DNA from: Amoeboaphelidium protococcarum X5
Lineage: Eukaryota > Fungi > Aphelidiomycota
Length of the DNA: 64,000 nt
Direction of reading: 5' to 3'
Assembly: GCA_023515725.1 (NCBI GenBank)
Contig: JALDTO010000266.1
Span: 233,345 to 297,344 of the forward strand
The position numbers were made by a program, and so were the translations under genes. Position 1 is the stretch's first letter. The number at the start of each line of letters is the position of its first letter. Below the pieces are notes generated by a model, which searched no databases, was not told the origin of the DNA, and saw only the letters and a list, made by a program, of their open reading frames with translations. Positions 13,828 to 27,955 of the stretch are shown in pieces.

Positions 13828-16800
13828 TCACTTTGTAATGGTAAGTAGTCTTGCACGAATATCATTCCTCAATTCCTTTATGTCCACTTCACTGGCCTGA
13901 ACTCTTTTACGATTAACAACCTGCTTTAAGTACCAGAATGAGAAAAGACCACAACTATGACTATCACTCTGCCTAGGACCATGTATTCTACAATTCTAAC
14001 TTCTGCTCAATTAGGTTTCCTAGCCAAGTGTATATTTAAGAAGCTGCTTGATCTTCTCAAATAAAGTTGAATCAAATGGATAGTTCGCAGAGCAGTAATA
14101 ACTGCAATAAAACGCCCCATCAATCACCTGAACATGATACACGTTCCAATGACCCTAACCTCGCGTTATGTGATTAAGAAATAATATATCTTTAATATCA
14201 GAACTGATAGGATATAATTCGGCCGCTCTAACACCTTTCCCCAAAAATACATTCAATTAATGACTGTCGTAGATCATGACGGTATTGTCAGCCTCCAGCC
14301 GCAAAGTCTTGATAGCTTAATTCAATATTTCATCATTGAGCATTCTATTAGTCGACCTATCCAATAGTGCAATACAATGTTCGATCATAGCTGAATTATT
14401 ATATATAGGCCCATCGACCGAATCTGAGCTTACCAACACCGCATTGCGCGACTCTGCAAAATCTGACACGCAATCATTATTCACTTGATTGGCCACAGGC
14501 TGCTACAATGAAGCTTCTTCTTATATTCCTTACTACACCACAGCTCCATCACTGACTTCCATCGTATCGTCTGAAGGCTAATTGACTGCCGTCTGCACAA
14601 AAACATCCCATCGTTCTTCAGCATCTCTCTCGTTATGCAGATCATTGCGATTCTAAGCAAGATGTAGCAAGCGCTGCTAACTTTATAATAATTCGATGTC
14701 CAAGTATGGCTAAAGCCTTTAAATAGATTCCGATAGGTCCTCTTTAGCATTCCATACTTGTTACAAAGCTCTGAATCGGATTAGGGACGACGAAGAGGGG
14801 AGACGCAGAATTTACGTGAGATTATGCAGAATTACGAACTTTGTTTTTAAAATATTAATAGCTTCCAATCTACACAGCTGCATCTCTTCTAATGCGCGTT
14901 GCCTCATGTGCACAAACTTATGCAGTAATTAGACTGGCCTCATTTACTAGAACATGGCGAAATTGTGATGCAGAATATCTGGCTTCTTAACAAATTTAAC
15001 AAAACCAACAGAGTCCTCACCAAAATTTAAGAAGATAGAGTCCAACTGCTCATTAAATTTACCCATAAAATCTCTGATCTTCTTATCCTTTGTCTTAATT
15101 AAATTACTGAAGACTCGTTTTGCAGTTAACTGCTGGTGAATTTCTAGCGCGAGCGCAGGACAAGCTACAGCTTAACAATCTCCTAATATAATTCCGTAAG
15201 CATAATAGAGCACTTACGCGTCACAATTTTGACTTTCGTCATCTTAAATTATAACGGCGACCTAGACCACCTATTCCGGGAGGATATACCGAGTGCTCTC
15301 TCACATTACTCAACATACTGTAAGCGCGTCTGGTCAGTGGAATCATCAAAGTAAAGCTCCAAAGCCTCTACATAAGATTCATGCAGTGGATCAGAGACGT
15401 CATACACAACAGTTTAGTCTTCCAATCTTCTTTACTAAAGCAGATGCCCAGTCAACGAATCATGATCCTAAGTGAACGATTTAGCAACAAACTCTTTAAT
15501 ATACTGATCCAACATAAAGAATTCTTATGACGCGTCCTCATATCTTTCGACAATGAGGTGTACCAAGCCATTACTCAAATCATCACTGTGTGATCCCATT
15601 ACATAATCTAATATTTCCTTTCTGGCCATGCTAGTTAACGTTCTAGATATGTAGCCAAAATTACCAACGACAGACCAAAAGCTTTCCATGAGCTCACCAG
15701 AGGTCTTACCACAATCAGCAGCATACTTGCTAGAGTAAAGATACTGGCACTCAACTTGATGCGCGTACACGTGAAAACTCGGAACTAAAACTTCCATATC
15801 TCTATTCTTAGCTGTAGGCAGTCGGTCCAAGAGCTTCTTCTTCCACTAACAACCGATATCGTAGTATATTTTGAATTTTAATGACTGATCATCGAAAGAC
15901 GATAACAAACTTTGTACAGCGGAATCTTCATGAATATATTTCTCACCTTTGTCTAAATCAGAAAATGTACCAGAAAAGGCAACACCACGACGCGCACACC
16001 AGGCACCAAATAAACCAGTCACGTCATTTGATACAGATGCTAACTTACCCGCCACCTGCTAAACAGCTTTAAAGTTGCTACATGAGGATTTATTTTCGAT
16101 CACTGACTGATCCCCAGAATTTACCAAATTCATATTAGGAACATAAAACTTAGGGTCAGAGATTCCAATTCTATCAATACCAGGAAGACCGCCTCTATCT
16201 CTCAAATGAGAAAGTTTAAAATTAGCATCCAGAGCCACATGTATGGATTGATTAATCGTCACAGGTTTAGAAGACTTTATAGCTCCTGCAACTTGATCAA
16301 GTACTTATCGGACTTAGATGAAATCGCCATCAATCTATTCAGCGTACTCTTACTACGCTGCAGCATATTAAGCGTTTAATTCATTGGGGCACGCATGACA
16401 CGTCCCAAAACTATGCCGAAATTCTGAGGCGAGCTTCCTCTCCAGAACAATAAAAATCCTCAAAGTTACCACTAGCTTTTTGCGCACAGAGTTAGGAATC
16501 TGTAGAAAACACGAATTCTGGAGAGTCTTAGAGAAGCCAGACGCGGTAACTCTGCTACTCTTTAGCAAGTTGCAATACAACTTGACCAGATCCAGCTTTA
16601 TGGCATACTTTGGAGAAAGTGGGGAGCATGCAAGATATCCATACTATAACAGAAACTTGAAAATGCCAAATCTGGCTTTAGACACATGCTCACAAACACG
16701 CAAGTTACATATAGCTACTCCAGCAGGACTAGATGAGCCGCAGTTATTAGGTCTTAATTGCACAAGAAGGCTGGCAGAAAGCGTTCAAATCCATCTCGGA

Positions 16801-17492
16801 GTGATGTTCAAGTCTATCGTGTGTAAAGTGCTACTTAACATGATCAGATGAAGACACGTGATTGATACTCCAGCAGTTGGCACAGAACTAAGGAAAGCCA
16901 ATACAATCTAGACATCTAAATATGCCAACATTATCACAGCCTGAACACGCCGATTCCACTTCAAAGCCATAGGCCTGATTGATGAACTCACGAGCACACG
17001 AATCAACACAATCTTTCCCATTTTTATCCAAGCTATGTTATGGCCGAGACTATCATTTGGTAATTTAAGATTTATGCACAAACGCAAAGTCATCGACCCA
17101 ATTCTAATTATCGCCTTAATCATCCTAATAAGGGATGTCACATACGTCAGCACGATCGAGCATATCATTCGCTTAATTCTATTCACGCTCATTACCCACA
17201 TTATACCCCTCTGCTACGACGTCTGATGGGGATTGTAAATCTAATGGTTCTAATGGCAGGAGATCAGATGGAGCTACACATAGAGAATTATTATTACCAT
17301 TAATATTCTGTGGCAAGCAATGAGTATGATATTACGATTGAACGCAATCTTGAACTTGTCTGCTGGGGAGGGAGTCTTTACAACGGGAGTTGCCTTTAGC
17401 TTCACAAAAACTTACGTTTCGCCAGTTTTAGCATCAAATATCGTTATCTTATAGCCTGATTTACCAGGTTTTAACAACTTTCGTTTTAACAT
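13828..17492 (-). mobile_element. Degenerate Kyakuja-Dileera-Zisupton (KDZ) transposase with N-terminal CxC domain and C-terminal ULP1/C48 protease
   Basis: FRCLDC..FCANC (CxC); ALDANFKL, CSNFKAV, CARRG, LDKGEKY, YDIGCQW, PSFHVYAHQVECQ, GELMES (KDZ); LNDEILN, GHW, QSDSHSCGLF (ULP1). Frameshifts near 16730 and 15150. Ends not identified. Confidence 0.85.
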
Positions 17493-17625
17493 ACAGTAGT
17501 GTTCATTCAGCTCACAATACGAAAAAGAGTGCAAAATTAAAATTTTAGATTTGAAGAAAACTTTGAAACACGCGATTGGCAAATAAAGCGAGAAAAGTTA
17601 GCTAGCTAGTACTGTTTCTTCAATT

Positions 17626-18301
17626 GTCCACTAGTGGATTTTCCGCGATCATGAGTTACTCAAGGACAAGCCCCATGCCTACGTGGAACGCGTTCAGCTA
17701 AGCGGTTTATGTTATATGCACGCACCGGTCACTCTTTAGCATTATCTTGTCGCCATGTTTTCCGATGATGCCGTTCCGATGCTTGATATGGCTGTTGACT
17801 TGAAGAAGCACCTGTCTGCGATCTAATTGGAGCGTCGTATTTGGTATGATGAGGGTGGTGACTCATAAACATTCCTGAAGAGCATTTTAATGCAACAGCC
17901 TGCTCCTGTGTTGCTTCCACGCGCGGCAACAGACGAAATCGTATCATACTTGAAGTCGTTTGGCCCAGCATTAATTTCAAGGTTTGAAGTCGAAGAAGCG
18001 TTTGATTCAGCAGATTGGTAACACCTCGAAGCTTTGACAACTGCGTTAAATGGATTTCACGCTATGGTTCTTGTTGGCGTTAGAAAGGAGGTGATTCTAT
18101 GAGGTATCTTATTTAGGATTGGTGGAAGAAGAAGGCATTTGTTGAGGTGGACGGATAATACTTGCTTGCTTGCGGAGATGCTGTCCACTTTGTCCAAACG
18201 CGAAAGACTGCTACGAGTGCATTTCCGACAATGCTCACGATCATGTTGAATGCGAAATGTTGGACGCACAAGAAACGTATTATTTAGACGGTAGTTTCTG
18301 A
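17626..18301 (+). pseudogene. 5'-truncated, frameshifted papain-like cysteine peptidase
   Basis: RVQLSGLCYMHAP (Q..C), HAMVLVGVRK (His), RYLIQDWW (QNSW-like). Frameshifts near 18090 and 18230. Confidence 0.65.
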
Positions 18302-18499
18302 AGAAATAAATTTAAATGTGTATTTTGTTGTTTTGGTTAGACGCATTTATAAGATTAACATACTCTTCATTTTAAATAAGTATAGAATGTTATAGCATAG
18401 ACAGACTTCTTTAAATTTCATGTCAAATTCACTTTAGTATTCCTGACAACTTAAGTCACACTTGTCACAGGCTCTCCAATTCTTGAAAGAGTCTCTATT

Positions 18500-19188
18500 A
18501 CTTGTACTCGCATCTAAAGATGATTGGTTCTTCAACACCATCATATGGTCTGACGAAACCATGGTTAAAAAAGCGCCACAGCATAAAGAGTTGCATTTTT
18601 GGACTCGCCATGGTCGGAAAGATGATCCGGAAATCGTCAAACATAATTTCCGGTAGGGTTGTTTTGGGGTCATGTTTTGGGGCTGTTTCTCCAAATTTGG
18701 ATTCGGGCCGCTTGTGGTGGTGGATGGGACCATGAAAGACGATCAATACATCGATATCATTGAGACACATCTTCTATCTGAGTTGGATGTGATGGAAGCT
18801 GATTCGAGGTCCGTATAACATTTATGTAGGATAACGCGTCTGGTCACAAGTCTAAGGCTGTGATGGACTTTATGGCGTAGAATAACGTGCCACTCCTTCC
18901 GTGGCCTCCCTAATCGCCGGATCTAAATCATATTGAGAATCTGTGGGAATTATTAATAAGAGAAGGTACAAAAAATATGGAATGCCACAATCAAAATGGC
19001 AGCTGATTGAGTAAGATTTCGAGGTTTGGAACGAATTACCGCTTAAATTGCCCGAAACTTTAACGGATTTTGCTTGAAGAGAATTAGGTAGTGTAGTATT
19101 AGAAAGAAATGGAAGACATACTGGTTATTGACTTTTTTCTGTTGCTTTTTCGTTAATTTTTCGCCGGACATATCCGTGAAACAGACTG
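18500..19188 (+). mobile_element. 5'-truncated Tc1-type (DD34E) transposon remnant with probable right end
   Basis: IIWSDET, VMFWGCF, FMQDNASGH, WPPQSPDLNHIENLW with D34E spacing; frameshifted. Ends ...AACAGACTG followed by (TA)n. Confidence 0.85.
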
Positions 19189-19483
19189 TATATATATATA
19201 TTCCAGTTTAGTAGCGGCTACTGAGAGTTTCCTGCGGTAATTATTATTAGTCAGAAAAATTTGAGTCTGTACATAGATAATGTATTCATCCTCTAACTAA
19301 AGTCGTGAGTATACCCGTGAACGCTGGGAGCCGGCGCCGAATCCATCGATGGCAAAGTCGCAGCGATCCGCACAGTCATGCTCATAATTGTTTACTTCCG
19401 TGTCGACATCATTTTATTCCCGCACTAATTTGAAAAAGTCTGAAGAATCTTTTATTAACAACAACTATAAATAGTAGAAAAGT

Positions 19484-20968
19484 ATGGTATCTAGTAATAC
19501 TGGCAACGCGTAGAGTGTCAATCCCATTGCTGAATGTCCAAGCGGCTCCGTCCGTCATCGCGCTGATTCCGGAGGTTCGGCCGACCGTGTGGCGCAGTCT
19601 GATTTCGGTCATGGCGGCAACTTGGCTGGTATTGATCAAAAGCTGCTGCTGCCCACCGAGAATCCCTAGGAACACGGCGGAAGTGAGGGGAACGTTGTTC
19701 ACCATTAATCTCCGTCATCTTCTACCTCTTTGCAAGCGAATTATAACAATTCTTTGAATTAGCGTCCTCAATCTATGCATGAGCTTGCCTGGAAACTGCA
19801 AGAAGACGCTGCTCTATCAATGTAATAAAACGCGCGTAAAATACCGCCTGGATTCTCTAGTGTTCCCGTGAGCCCGGTGAAGAGTAATCCATTTGTACCG
19901 GATAATGTGAGTCATGTATTCGCTGGTCTAAGTGTTCACGATAGTCCGCCAATGATGCATTCTAATTAGCAGCAGAATCATTAGCAGCAGCTGTATCCTT
20001 AACTATAGCAACAATTGCAGTAGCAACAAAGTTTTAGTGCCACGCCAGAATTTAATGATGACGTTAAGCGTATTAATGAGTGGTTTGTACATCTGAGTGA
20101 AAGAGACGCGGTGGTGGCTCTATAGTCTATCCTGCAGAATATGAATCCTGAAGTTCTGGGAGCTTTGAATATACGTCATTTGAGTTCATAGCGCTAGAGA
20201 ACTCGCACAGCAAACACAATTACGTCCAACGTCGCTGGTGGTGACCATGGTAGTGCTAAAGTTGTACATTACGGTGCTGTCGGTTAAAAGTATCCAACTA
20301 CCCCACAGTCTTGCATTGTCAATTCCGTCCACACTCTTGAAAAGAATGACTTGCTCGACATGCGGAGATCCATATCAATTCCTCCCGAGTAGTATTTGCA
20401 GTGGTCAACTCCTTCATCATCTCCAGGTGAGAGTGGATCTTTCTTCACACCTGCTTTGGAAGATGTATCACCAACTAGTAGTATAAATGGAGCGTTTAAG
20501 TTTGATGGTAATCGTGGCTACCCGTCTACCCCTCAATGGCATTTGGAGCATGCGAAAGCTTAGTAACAGTAGTTGTAGTAGTAGCAATAAGATTATGAAG
20601 GTATAAGAAGACGCGTGCAGACCACACCCATCTCCATGTACAAATCTCATGGCTCGTAGTCAGCCAAAGTGCAGCATAAGTCGCCAGAGTTGCCTTACAA
20701 AACTGATAAAGGTAAAATTCCAGAAACTGTAGATTTTGAATTGTTTGAGGATGTCCCTGCCTGGTTGAGAAGTCTACGCTTGCACAAGTACACCAATCTG
20801 TTTGCCCCTTCTAATCGCAATGGAAAGCATTGGCACTGGAGAGAGATGGTTGAGCTATCCGATGAACAACTGGAGTAGATGGGCATCGGTGCACTGGGTG
20901 CCAGAAGAAAGTTGTTACGCGTGTTTGAAATGGTTAAGCATGCATTGGAGTATAATAATCAGAACTGA
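19484..20968 (+). CDS. VTS1: Vts1/Smaug-family SAM-domain RNA-binding protein
   Basis: DVPAWLRSLRLHKYT..LSDEQLEQMGIGALGARRKLLRVF. Q-rich N-terminus. 494-aa frame. Confidence 0.85.
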
Positions 20969-21162
20969 TCCTCTTTGTATAAATGGCTTTAAATAATTTG
21001 GCTTAATTGAAAAGTGATAATATAGATTGATAGTAATATATGAATATTTTGCAGCAGTAGTTGGTTCTAAAATCTTGATCACATTCCGAAGATTCGGACT
21101 TTCCTTTTGACTTTAACTTAAAACAACAGCCCACACATTCGTAAATAATTTCATATCGCCTG

Positions 21163-22169
21163 ATGGATTAGTAACTGAATAAGAATGATAGCAGAAGTGT
21201 TAATGCAGAGTCGTCGATGGAGTTGATAGCAGTTGACAATCTGATATTAGTAAATAATTCGACCAACGATAAGTGATTAGAATGTACAACACTGACAAGA
21301 TATTGTAGATGTATCAAGAAGTCCAATTGGGAAATTTCGATGCGGTATTTGATATGCTGTAGAAGAAGCTGCCTGCAATAGAGTCACATCGGGATTCATT
21401 AAAAAAAATATTTCATGAGGTGCACAATCAAATGTCTAGTAAGATATATGTCTAATAAGCCATTAGAATATAATTTCTATAAAAGTGTAGCCACAAGCGA
21501 ATCAATATAGATTGTAATTGAAGAACTTCGGAACATTGAATAGCTCATGAATTAACTCAACAGTCTCCCCATCTGGAGTGTATCAGAGAGAATTTTGTTG
21601 TCTCTATAGATTGCAAAGGCGTTCATCGCTGTCCCGATCGCTGTGCAAAGACAGCAAATGCCAGATTCATTTGAAACAATTCAAAAGTTGATTACGAATT
21701 TTGGAGTATCACCATCCACATCATCATCATCTGCTATTACTCAAGATTGAAGATTTTATGCTCTTTACATGTTTAATTTTGTATCAATGCTGCTTATAGA
21801 TTTATCATTTATTTGACTTTGTGTGTTTTAAATTATTCCCCATTGTATAACTTATCTCTTGTCATATTGTCACTGGCAATCGTAAGCGCCATTGTGCTGT
21901 CAAGATCAAATCTAATCCAAGAATCGACATACAAGTCTTTGATGAAGTTGGCTGTGGCAAGTCTCGGGTGCATTCCAAATCTCTTTATTAAAGCGATTCT
22001 ATATGGAGATTTTGTGTACTTGTGGCACGTTGCAATTCTTTCAAACAATCTACTGTACCTTTTCCATACCAAGGCCGGCCGTTTTAATTCTTTCCAACAA
22101 AGTACAGAAGTAAACGCGTAAATTAAACCTATATTTCTGTTACAATTGAGTACTCGTTAGTATCAATGA
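21163..22169 (+). CDS. Hypothetical multi-pass membrane protein (introns probable; ends uncertain)
   Basis: Open code-6 segments with hydrophobic stretches at 21760-22070. First in-frame TGA at 22167. Confidence 0.4.
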
Positions 22170-24335
22170 AGATTACAGATTGGATATATCAGGCACTGAA
22201 TGCGGACCCGAATCTAATATTGTATAGCGATAAACCACAGGAGAAGTACTCTTGGGAGAATCTAAAGTGGGCATTTAATACTTGTGTTCGATTATTCAAT
22301 GTGATCCGTAAAAAATATCCACCCTTTTTAATGTAGATTTCTGTATCGCGTTCTTTAAGAGACTAGTGCACTGACACCGTAGAATAAGAAGCTGGTTATG
22401 GAGACTATGCAAGAGTTGTGTGAAGTTATGATTTGGGGAGATTAGAATTAGAAATTAAGTCATACTCCCATAGAGCATTAGACTCAATAGAGTACATTTT
22501 TCGAGTACTTTATGGAGCATAATCTGGGTGGATACTTTATTGTGTTACTCGAGGCGTTCGGTAAAGAGTCCAACGCCAAGTTGTGTACGCAGGTTGTTAA
22601 ACTACTGATAATACTGATTGAGAATGTGAAATAGGAAACTAGCCTGTACGCTTTACTCAGTAACAATTACATCAACAGTGTCCTTCGCTGGGGAACTAAT
22701 CTCCGCCAGATGGAATACTGGAGTCCAGACGTGAAGCTGAATGGAGATATAGACGAGTGTTGCGCGTATTTCATAACTCTGATGAAGGTACTTGGAAATA
22801 GATTGGACACGATTACTCTGCCCTTCTTTTTTAATACTTAAAAGTCGGGTGGTGTCCAGCATTTCAGTCTTTATGAAGAGGCGCTTGTTATGGCACAAGA
22901 TATGAGGGAGTAGATGATGGTGAACGCTCTAAGAACTATTGTCCTCAAAGTTTATCAATTGGAAGATTAAAAGTTGTAGGTGTATCTGCTCAATGATTTA
23001 ACTAGAAACTTTTGGATATCTTTCTGTATGAGACTACATGCTAATGCAATAAAAATTCAAGATAACATTGTATCCAGTCAGTATTAAAGTGCTTAATAAG
23101 TTATGGAATTGTTGGATGATGATTTAAGTTATTTCAATGAGATTCTGTCCTGTTGTGATCATCAGTTGTAGTAAATAATCTTGGATATATTTGAAATACA
23201 ATTCATAAAAAAGATGTGTTTTATGGACTATACAATTGCCCAGGCCTGTTTTACTGATGATTCTCTACTGTCTAATTTCAAGTGTAAAATGTTTGTATTA
23301 TGCTATGTGGTAGCCCTGGTCCCGTAGTCTGCCGTTATTGACAAAGTGATTGAATGCGCTTTTGTTTAGAAAAGTCTCATTGAGCTCATGGCATTATATG
23401 ATGAAAAGATATCCTCAGTATCTCCTGTTTAAAGATCCAGAAATCGCGAACTGGTGTCTCCAATTGAAGATGTTGTACTGCGCAGATCATAATCTACATC
23501 TAATGGTGGTGGCAACTTTATAATTCGCGTGCCTGTTGGATACTCTATCGCTAAAACTATATTCTACTAGTCATCCAGTGTTTCTAGTGGTACATCATTA
23601 CTCTCTATGCTCCTTCTCAATCAAGTAATCGACTCCAATGCTGATTAATTTAAACTAGCTCAAGTACAGTTGGCGTCTCCTTCGGAATATAAAAAGCGGT
23701 GACTAATAGCCAATCTCACTTCCACAACTGACGACGACAATGGTAGTAAAGATGGAAGTGACCTTGCTGCTCGTGAAGAAGAAGAAGATGATGGCTGTGA
23801 TATGATGGACATTTACCAGTCATATTCAGACGAGGATCTGACGATTACACAAAATGAGACGGCTATCGAGCTGTTGAAATTGCTCCAAGAGTACATCAAA
23901 TCTGGTTCTGTGAATCTATCGCTGTTGTACATTTCTCTAATTGTACGCTTCATCCACAAACTCATGCCTGAAGACAGTGCTGCATTGAAAATTTAGAGCC
24001 ATTTACTCCCTTGCATAGATCTTATCAAGGATGGAAAGTTGACGCTTAATGCCGGTCGTAGAAGTGGAGATGATTTAATGATTGATTTTAGATCTTTAAA
24101 GTTGTAATCATTGTTCATGAATGGCTCACTTGAATGTGATGGACGCGTTCTTAGATTACCACTGACTAAAGTATTGCTATTTGATTTTGATGAAGACGAC
24201 AAGGGACAAGTATTTGCGCTGAAATCAACATTTGATGAATCTGCTGATTAAGCTAGTATCAATTCTTACTGGCAGGAAGTGTATAAAATGCTCACTATTT
24301 TAAACGAGCTTATACTATAAGCTTAAAGCGATTGA
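22166..24335 (+). CDS. CLEC16A/GOP-1/TT9-like FPL-domain protein (one early intron)
   Basis: YSWENLK|FLYRVL..METMQELCEVMIWGDQN..FFEYFMEH, YALLSNNYIN, YITLMKVL, EQMMVNALRTIVLKVY. Confidence 0.8.
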
Positions 24336-25018
24336 ATATGATTATATTGGCTTGATCAAGTTTACTGTAAATTTCAAGAACTCATAAGATGAATTCTCTA
24401 TGAACTTTATTTATACTTTAAACAGTCCTCTCATGATGTCAAGTACCTTCTTTGCCTCTCTTATGTTATTGCGTTAATTGTCGTAATACAGTAATGTAAT
24501 GCCAACTAATTTAATAAGGAAAGAGCCAGCCACTCAAACGGTCATCGCTGAAACGAAATAATAATAAAATGCAAAAATTCACAGCATTCGAGTGAGAAAT
24601 GTTCCACCATTCAAACGCGGCGCGCCATTTTCATAAGCTTGACGACAAGGAACGGAACGGACAGAGTGGGCGGTCAAACTAAATACGAAAAGCGCATTGG
24701 CGGTAGAAACAACAGCGACAACAAATCGATAAGTTTATTCCTTCCTTCCTTCCCTCCCTCCCTCCTTTCATTGACTTTAACAACACAACGCTGTATTAAC
24801 ACTAATAATACAAACAGTCATCACTTAGTATAAAAGTGTCAAGTCTTAATATAAAGTAAGAGTATATATTCCGGGTAATTTAAATGGGCAGAATTGTATT
24901 GTTTACACTCACTCCCCCACTATATGTAAACTTGAACATTGAAATTCTGCCCCTTTGAACTCACCCACGACAGAGCTTAACTACTACTACTATTAATCCA
25001 CCCTGTGTGCATGTAGAT

Positions 25019-25764
25019 ATGTCTGAAATTCGCAGAAAATTAGTTATTGTCGGTGATGGTGCCTGTGGTAAAACTTGTCTACTGATAGTATTCTCAAGAG
25101 GAACATTTCCAGAGGTATGAATTTGTATATATTGAAACTCTGAATATCTATTCATCATCTGTGCATAGTGGGTAGGTTTATGTCCCAACTGTGTTTGAGA
25201 ACTACGTCGCTGAAGTTGAGGTGGATGGAAAGAGAGTTGAGCTGGCTCTATGGGATACAGCGGGTAAGACTCATATTAACATTTTGATGCCTTGTGCAGA
25301 TACTAACCATTTACTTGATTATCGCACTATACTTGGTGTGAGTTTTTATCTATTTATTTGTGTGTGTAGGCCAAGAAGATTATGATCGCTTAAGACCCCT
25401 TTCATATCCTGACTCTCACGTCATCCTCATCTGCTTTGCTATAGACAGTCCTGACAGTTTGGACAATGTGCAGGAGAAGTGGATCAGTGAGGTGCTGCAC
25501 TTTTGTAATGGTTTGCCTATCCTGCTAGTTGGATGTAAGAAGGATCTGAGAACTGACAGCAGAACCATTGAGGAGCTGAAAAAGACTGGCCAGGCGCCGG
25601 TCACCTACGAAGAGGGCCTGGCTGTGGCATAGAAGATCAGTGCGTACAAGTATCTGGAGTGTAGTGCCAAGTCTCAGGAGGGTGTCAAGGAGGTGTTTGA
25701 GCACGCCACTCGCGCCGCCCTGATGGCCAAGACCAAGAAGAAGAAGGCTTGTGTGTTGCTGTGA
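25019..25764 (+). CDS. RHO1: Rho1/RhoA GTPase (introns 25115..25175, 25264..25369)
   Basis: [42 protein letters not shown]-terminal KKKKACVLL. Confidence 0.97.
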
Positions 25765-26044
25765 GCCAGCTCTCTATATCTATTTACACAGGTGTCTTCA
25801 TCATAGTTGTCATTGGGTGTTGTGGTAGATGAGCGAGAATTTGGTGTGAATGAGTGAGTGAGTGATTTGTGGTGTGCGTATATGGTACCAACGGGATGTA
25901 ATAAATTGGGTTATCTCTAAACAGTTTATCTTTTATTTTAACAATTGTTTTCACTTTTTAGTGGCAATTACAGAGATATAATTGAACATTCATGGTATAT
26001 AGCTAATAGCCACTATGCACCATCAATAATATAATAATGTCAGA

Positions 26045-27600
26045 TCAAACATATCTCCAATTTGTACAATCACTGCAGACAAGATCACTCTTGGGAGATT
26101 TCGAATTCTTCTACTTATTGCCGCTGCTCTTCTATCCATCATTGTCATCGTCATCAACATAGTGGTGGTGATGATACGCTGGTAGGAATGGAGGCACATC
26201 GCGTTGAGGTCCAATAATCTCCTTCAGCACTGTAGCCATCTTATGGTAGAAAACATCTGGCGATCTATCAATCTTGTAATTACAAACATTCCCAACGTGA
26301 CATTTAGTCTCTATTGCATAGCCGCCGTAAAAGCAGACACTACCTAGACCAGTGCATTTACCCAGATAGATGACATCTGCATTATTCCCAATGTGATAAA
26401 TTGGTACCTTGAGACGGTAAATCTGATCATCTTCTGGATGCAGCTCTTTCAAATGATCCACATTATCCAGTAATCCTAGTCGCTCAGCAAATTGCCTCTC
26501 TCCAGGAGCTTGAAAGGTCACTGCCGGGTCCTTAGTAGTCAAAGACATCACCGATGCTAGTGCACCGGCCAATGAATGCCCAACAAACCAAATCTGGGAC
26601 TTGGGATACTGTTACTGCACAGCTGCATATATCTACTTGGCCGCATCATAGTAAGAGTGTGTATAATTACGAGAATGTTGTTCAAAGCATTGCAGAGAGC
26701 ATTTAGGCTGAAAGCTACCATCTAATGATCTACCTCGATAACAGTCACAAGTGGGTGGTCTAAAAGGATCGAGCCGACCACAGCAGCAACTGAACATCAT
26801 ATTATCATTTTTCCGATCCCAATTATAACCGAGCGATGATGTGCCTTTAAATACTATTATGACAAGTGACTGATCCTAATTGGTGAACACATGTCCTCTG
26901 AGTCCAAATCTAACCACCACCTTCTTTGGCTTTAGACTGTTCCTTTCCAAGTTATGACTGCTTGTATTAGATTAATCATCTTAATCATTATCGCTGAATA
27001 TAAATGCAGATGAATTGTCCCATCCAAATGATGAATTCCTATCTACGCCAGGAATCTTACGCCATCCATCACCATCAGGTGGAATATACGCGTTCGCCGC
27101 CATCATGCCCAATCCAACTACTGTCTGCTTATCAGTAACATTAGGTAGTCTGAGGTCACCATCTTGAATAGCAGAAACTTTAATATTACCAGCCATTCTC
27201 TACCACATCCGCATTTCATTAAAATATTCCTCTTGAACATGTTCGAATGGCTGGGTAAGATTATTATGAGTCTAAATGTCTCTGGTGATCTAATCAAACG
27301 CGCCTAATACATCCTCCTAAGTACTTCTTGACACTTTAATACCATTAACTTTTTCTATGGAATCATCCGTAAAAGATTAGAGCATTCGATTATGGGCATA
27401 AAGTTGATCGCTGGAATCTAATTATCGCCAAGCCGCAACACTCTAGATACCAGATGGACGGGTGTTATCATCAAAAGACACGTCTCCAATAAAGAGCTCA
27501 GCTACCATCTTCATTGAGCTAGTGTCTAATTGCTCCTTTTAATCGCCTATATACTACTAATCATTACCAGGCTTAAACACCATCTAATCAGTCGATGCAC
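26045..27600 (-). CDS. ATG15: Atg15-like autophagy lipase (5' end unresolved)
   Basis: PNVTDKQTV..MAANAY, FGWD, IKGTS, DNMMFSCCCGR, VGHSLAGALAS, TFQAPGE, ETKCHVG, CSDCTNW. Confidence 0.85.
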
Positions 27601-27955
27601 CATCAACATCAATGTACGGAGTTCGAGAAACGCAAAACCGCCTCGCAGTTTAAAATTACTAAACATAGAAAGTAAAATGAAAGTTCCCATTAATATTTTA
27701 AATGATTTTTAATTTTTATTTTGTTTTGTAATTTTAAAAATAAATTCATTGCTATTTTGTTTCTTATCATGCACTATATCCGCCTTATAATAGGGGACAT
27801 CTTAACTCGAATTCATTTTTTGCAGCAAAATGTCTTAAGAAATCGACTTGGAACAGGTACGGCAGTTAGTAAATTAAGGTTTGAAGCGCAAGGAAATTTT
27901 AGATACTCTAAATTCTAGTGGAACAATCTGCTCCAAGTCCAAATTGGACCGGTTT

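Noticed and set aside
13500-17640. TIRs/TSD for the KDZ element (GGAC..GTCC)
   Set aside because: Only a 4-bp match and the flanks are not duplicated.
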